Positions 32,960 to 33,442 of a stretch of DNA of 33,442 nucleotides are shown here, piece after piece. A program made the position numbers and the translations under genes. A model generated the notes under the pieces. That model ran no database searches, had not been told where the DNA came from, and saw only the letters and a program-made list of their open reading frames with translations. The stretch's first letter is position 1. Each line of letters opens with the position of its first letter. The DNA is from Parasitella parasitica NRRL 2501 (lineage: Eukaryota > Fungi > Mucoromycota), in contig MU619330.1 of NCBI GenBank assembly GCA_025201805.1, positions 51,622-85,063 of the forward strand. Direction: 5' to 3'.

Positions 32960-33442
32960 TAGTACAAACGGAAAATATTTTGGCTGAAAGTTGTGTCTCC
33001 ATTGCTTAATAGTTTATATAGATAGTAGTAATTGCAATTTATGCCTTCAAGCGCGCGGAAAAGGGTTACATATTTAATTTGGTTGTATTTACTTCATCCA
33101 AAAAAGAAGGTATATAAAAATGGTTTTTTAGCCCATATACTCTCTCTCAGCTATTGATTTGCATTGAGACATACACAAAATAACTTAGAGTCGTGCTTTG
33201 CTCTTCAATTGAGAACAGGTGTTACGCTCATTTACAGCGAAAAAAAAACAAGGCTGAGGATTGAATCTCAGCACTGTGTTTCCATTTGAGCCAAACCAGT
33301 TTCGAGCTTTTTTTTGCATAGTTCCTTGCTGGATATCTCAAGAACGTAATAGGTATATCGGATATGCATACTAAGTGTTTTATTACAAAGAGTAAATTCT
33401 GCATCCAGCCATATAAATTACAACATTACAGAAACACCTTTT
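32960..33442 (-). repeat. Dispersed repeat, copy C (inverted relative to copy A, runs off the window end)
   Basis: Reverse complement is collinear with about 2025-2510, with a near-identical core of about 165 bp and shared blocks such as aaactattaag..gagacacaac.ttcagccaaaat. Confidence 0.9.

Noticed and set aside
1-33442. Mating-type locus, tRNA/rRNA genes, prokaryotic defence systems
   Set aside because: No HMG/tptA/rnhA genes, no recognisable structural RNA and no bacterial-type operon seen.

Overview
Eukaryotic, AT-rich DNA with short GT-AG introns, consistent with a Mucorales (Mucoromycota) fungus; the taxon is my inference. Bases 1-5100 are a transposon cluster: a truncated DIRS-type (tyrosine-recombinase class) retrotransposon, two copies of a non-coding dispersed repeat, a solo LTR with a 5-bp target site duplication (TSD), and a 5'-truncated L1-like non-LTR insertion with a 15-bp TSD. 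Nine spliced genes follow: an orphan 7TM receptor-like protein, a PP2A B56 subunit, ECM29, a bHLH-zip factor, GET1, a multi-exon gene with a kinesin-like fold lacking all nucleotide-binding motifs, DLD2/D2HGDH, a Tps2-type trehalose phosphatase/synthase and a class IV chitin synthase. The window ends in an inverted third copy of the dispersed repeat. The two most interesting signals are the putative catalytically dead pseudo-kinesin (20243-22520, mostly missed by the ORF track) and a candidate -1 ribosomal frameshift cassette linking gag to the ATG-less RT frame of the DIRS element. Gene models were spliced by eye and no database searches were run.
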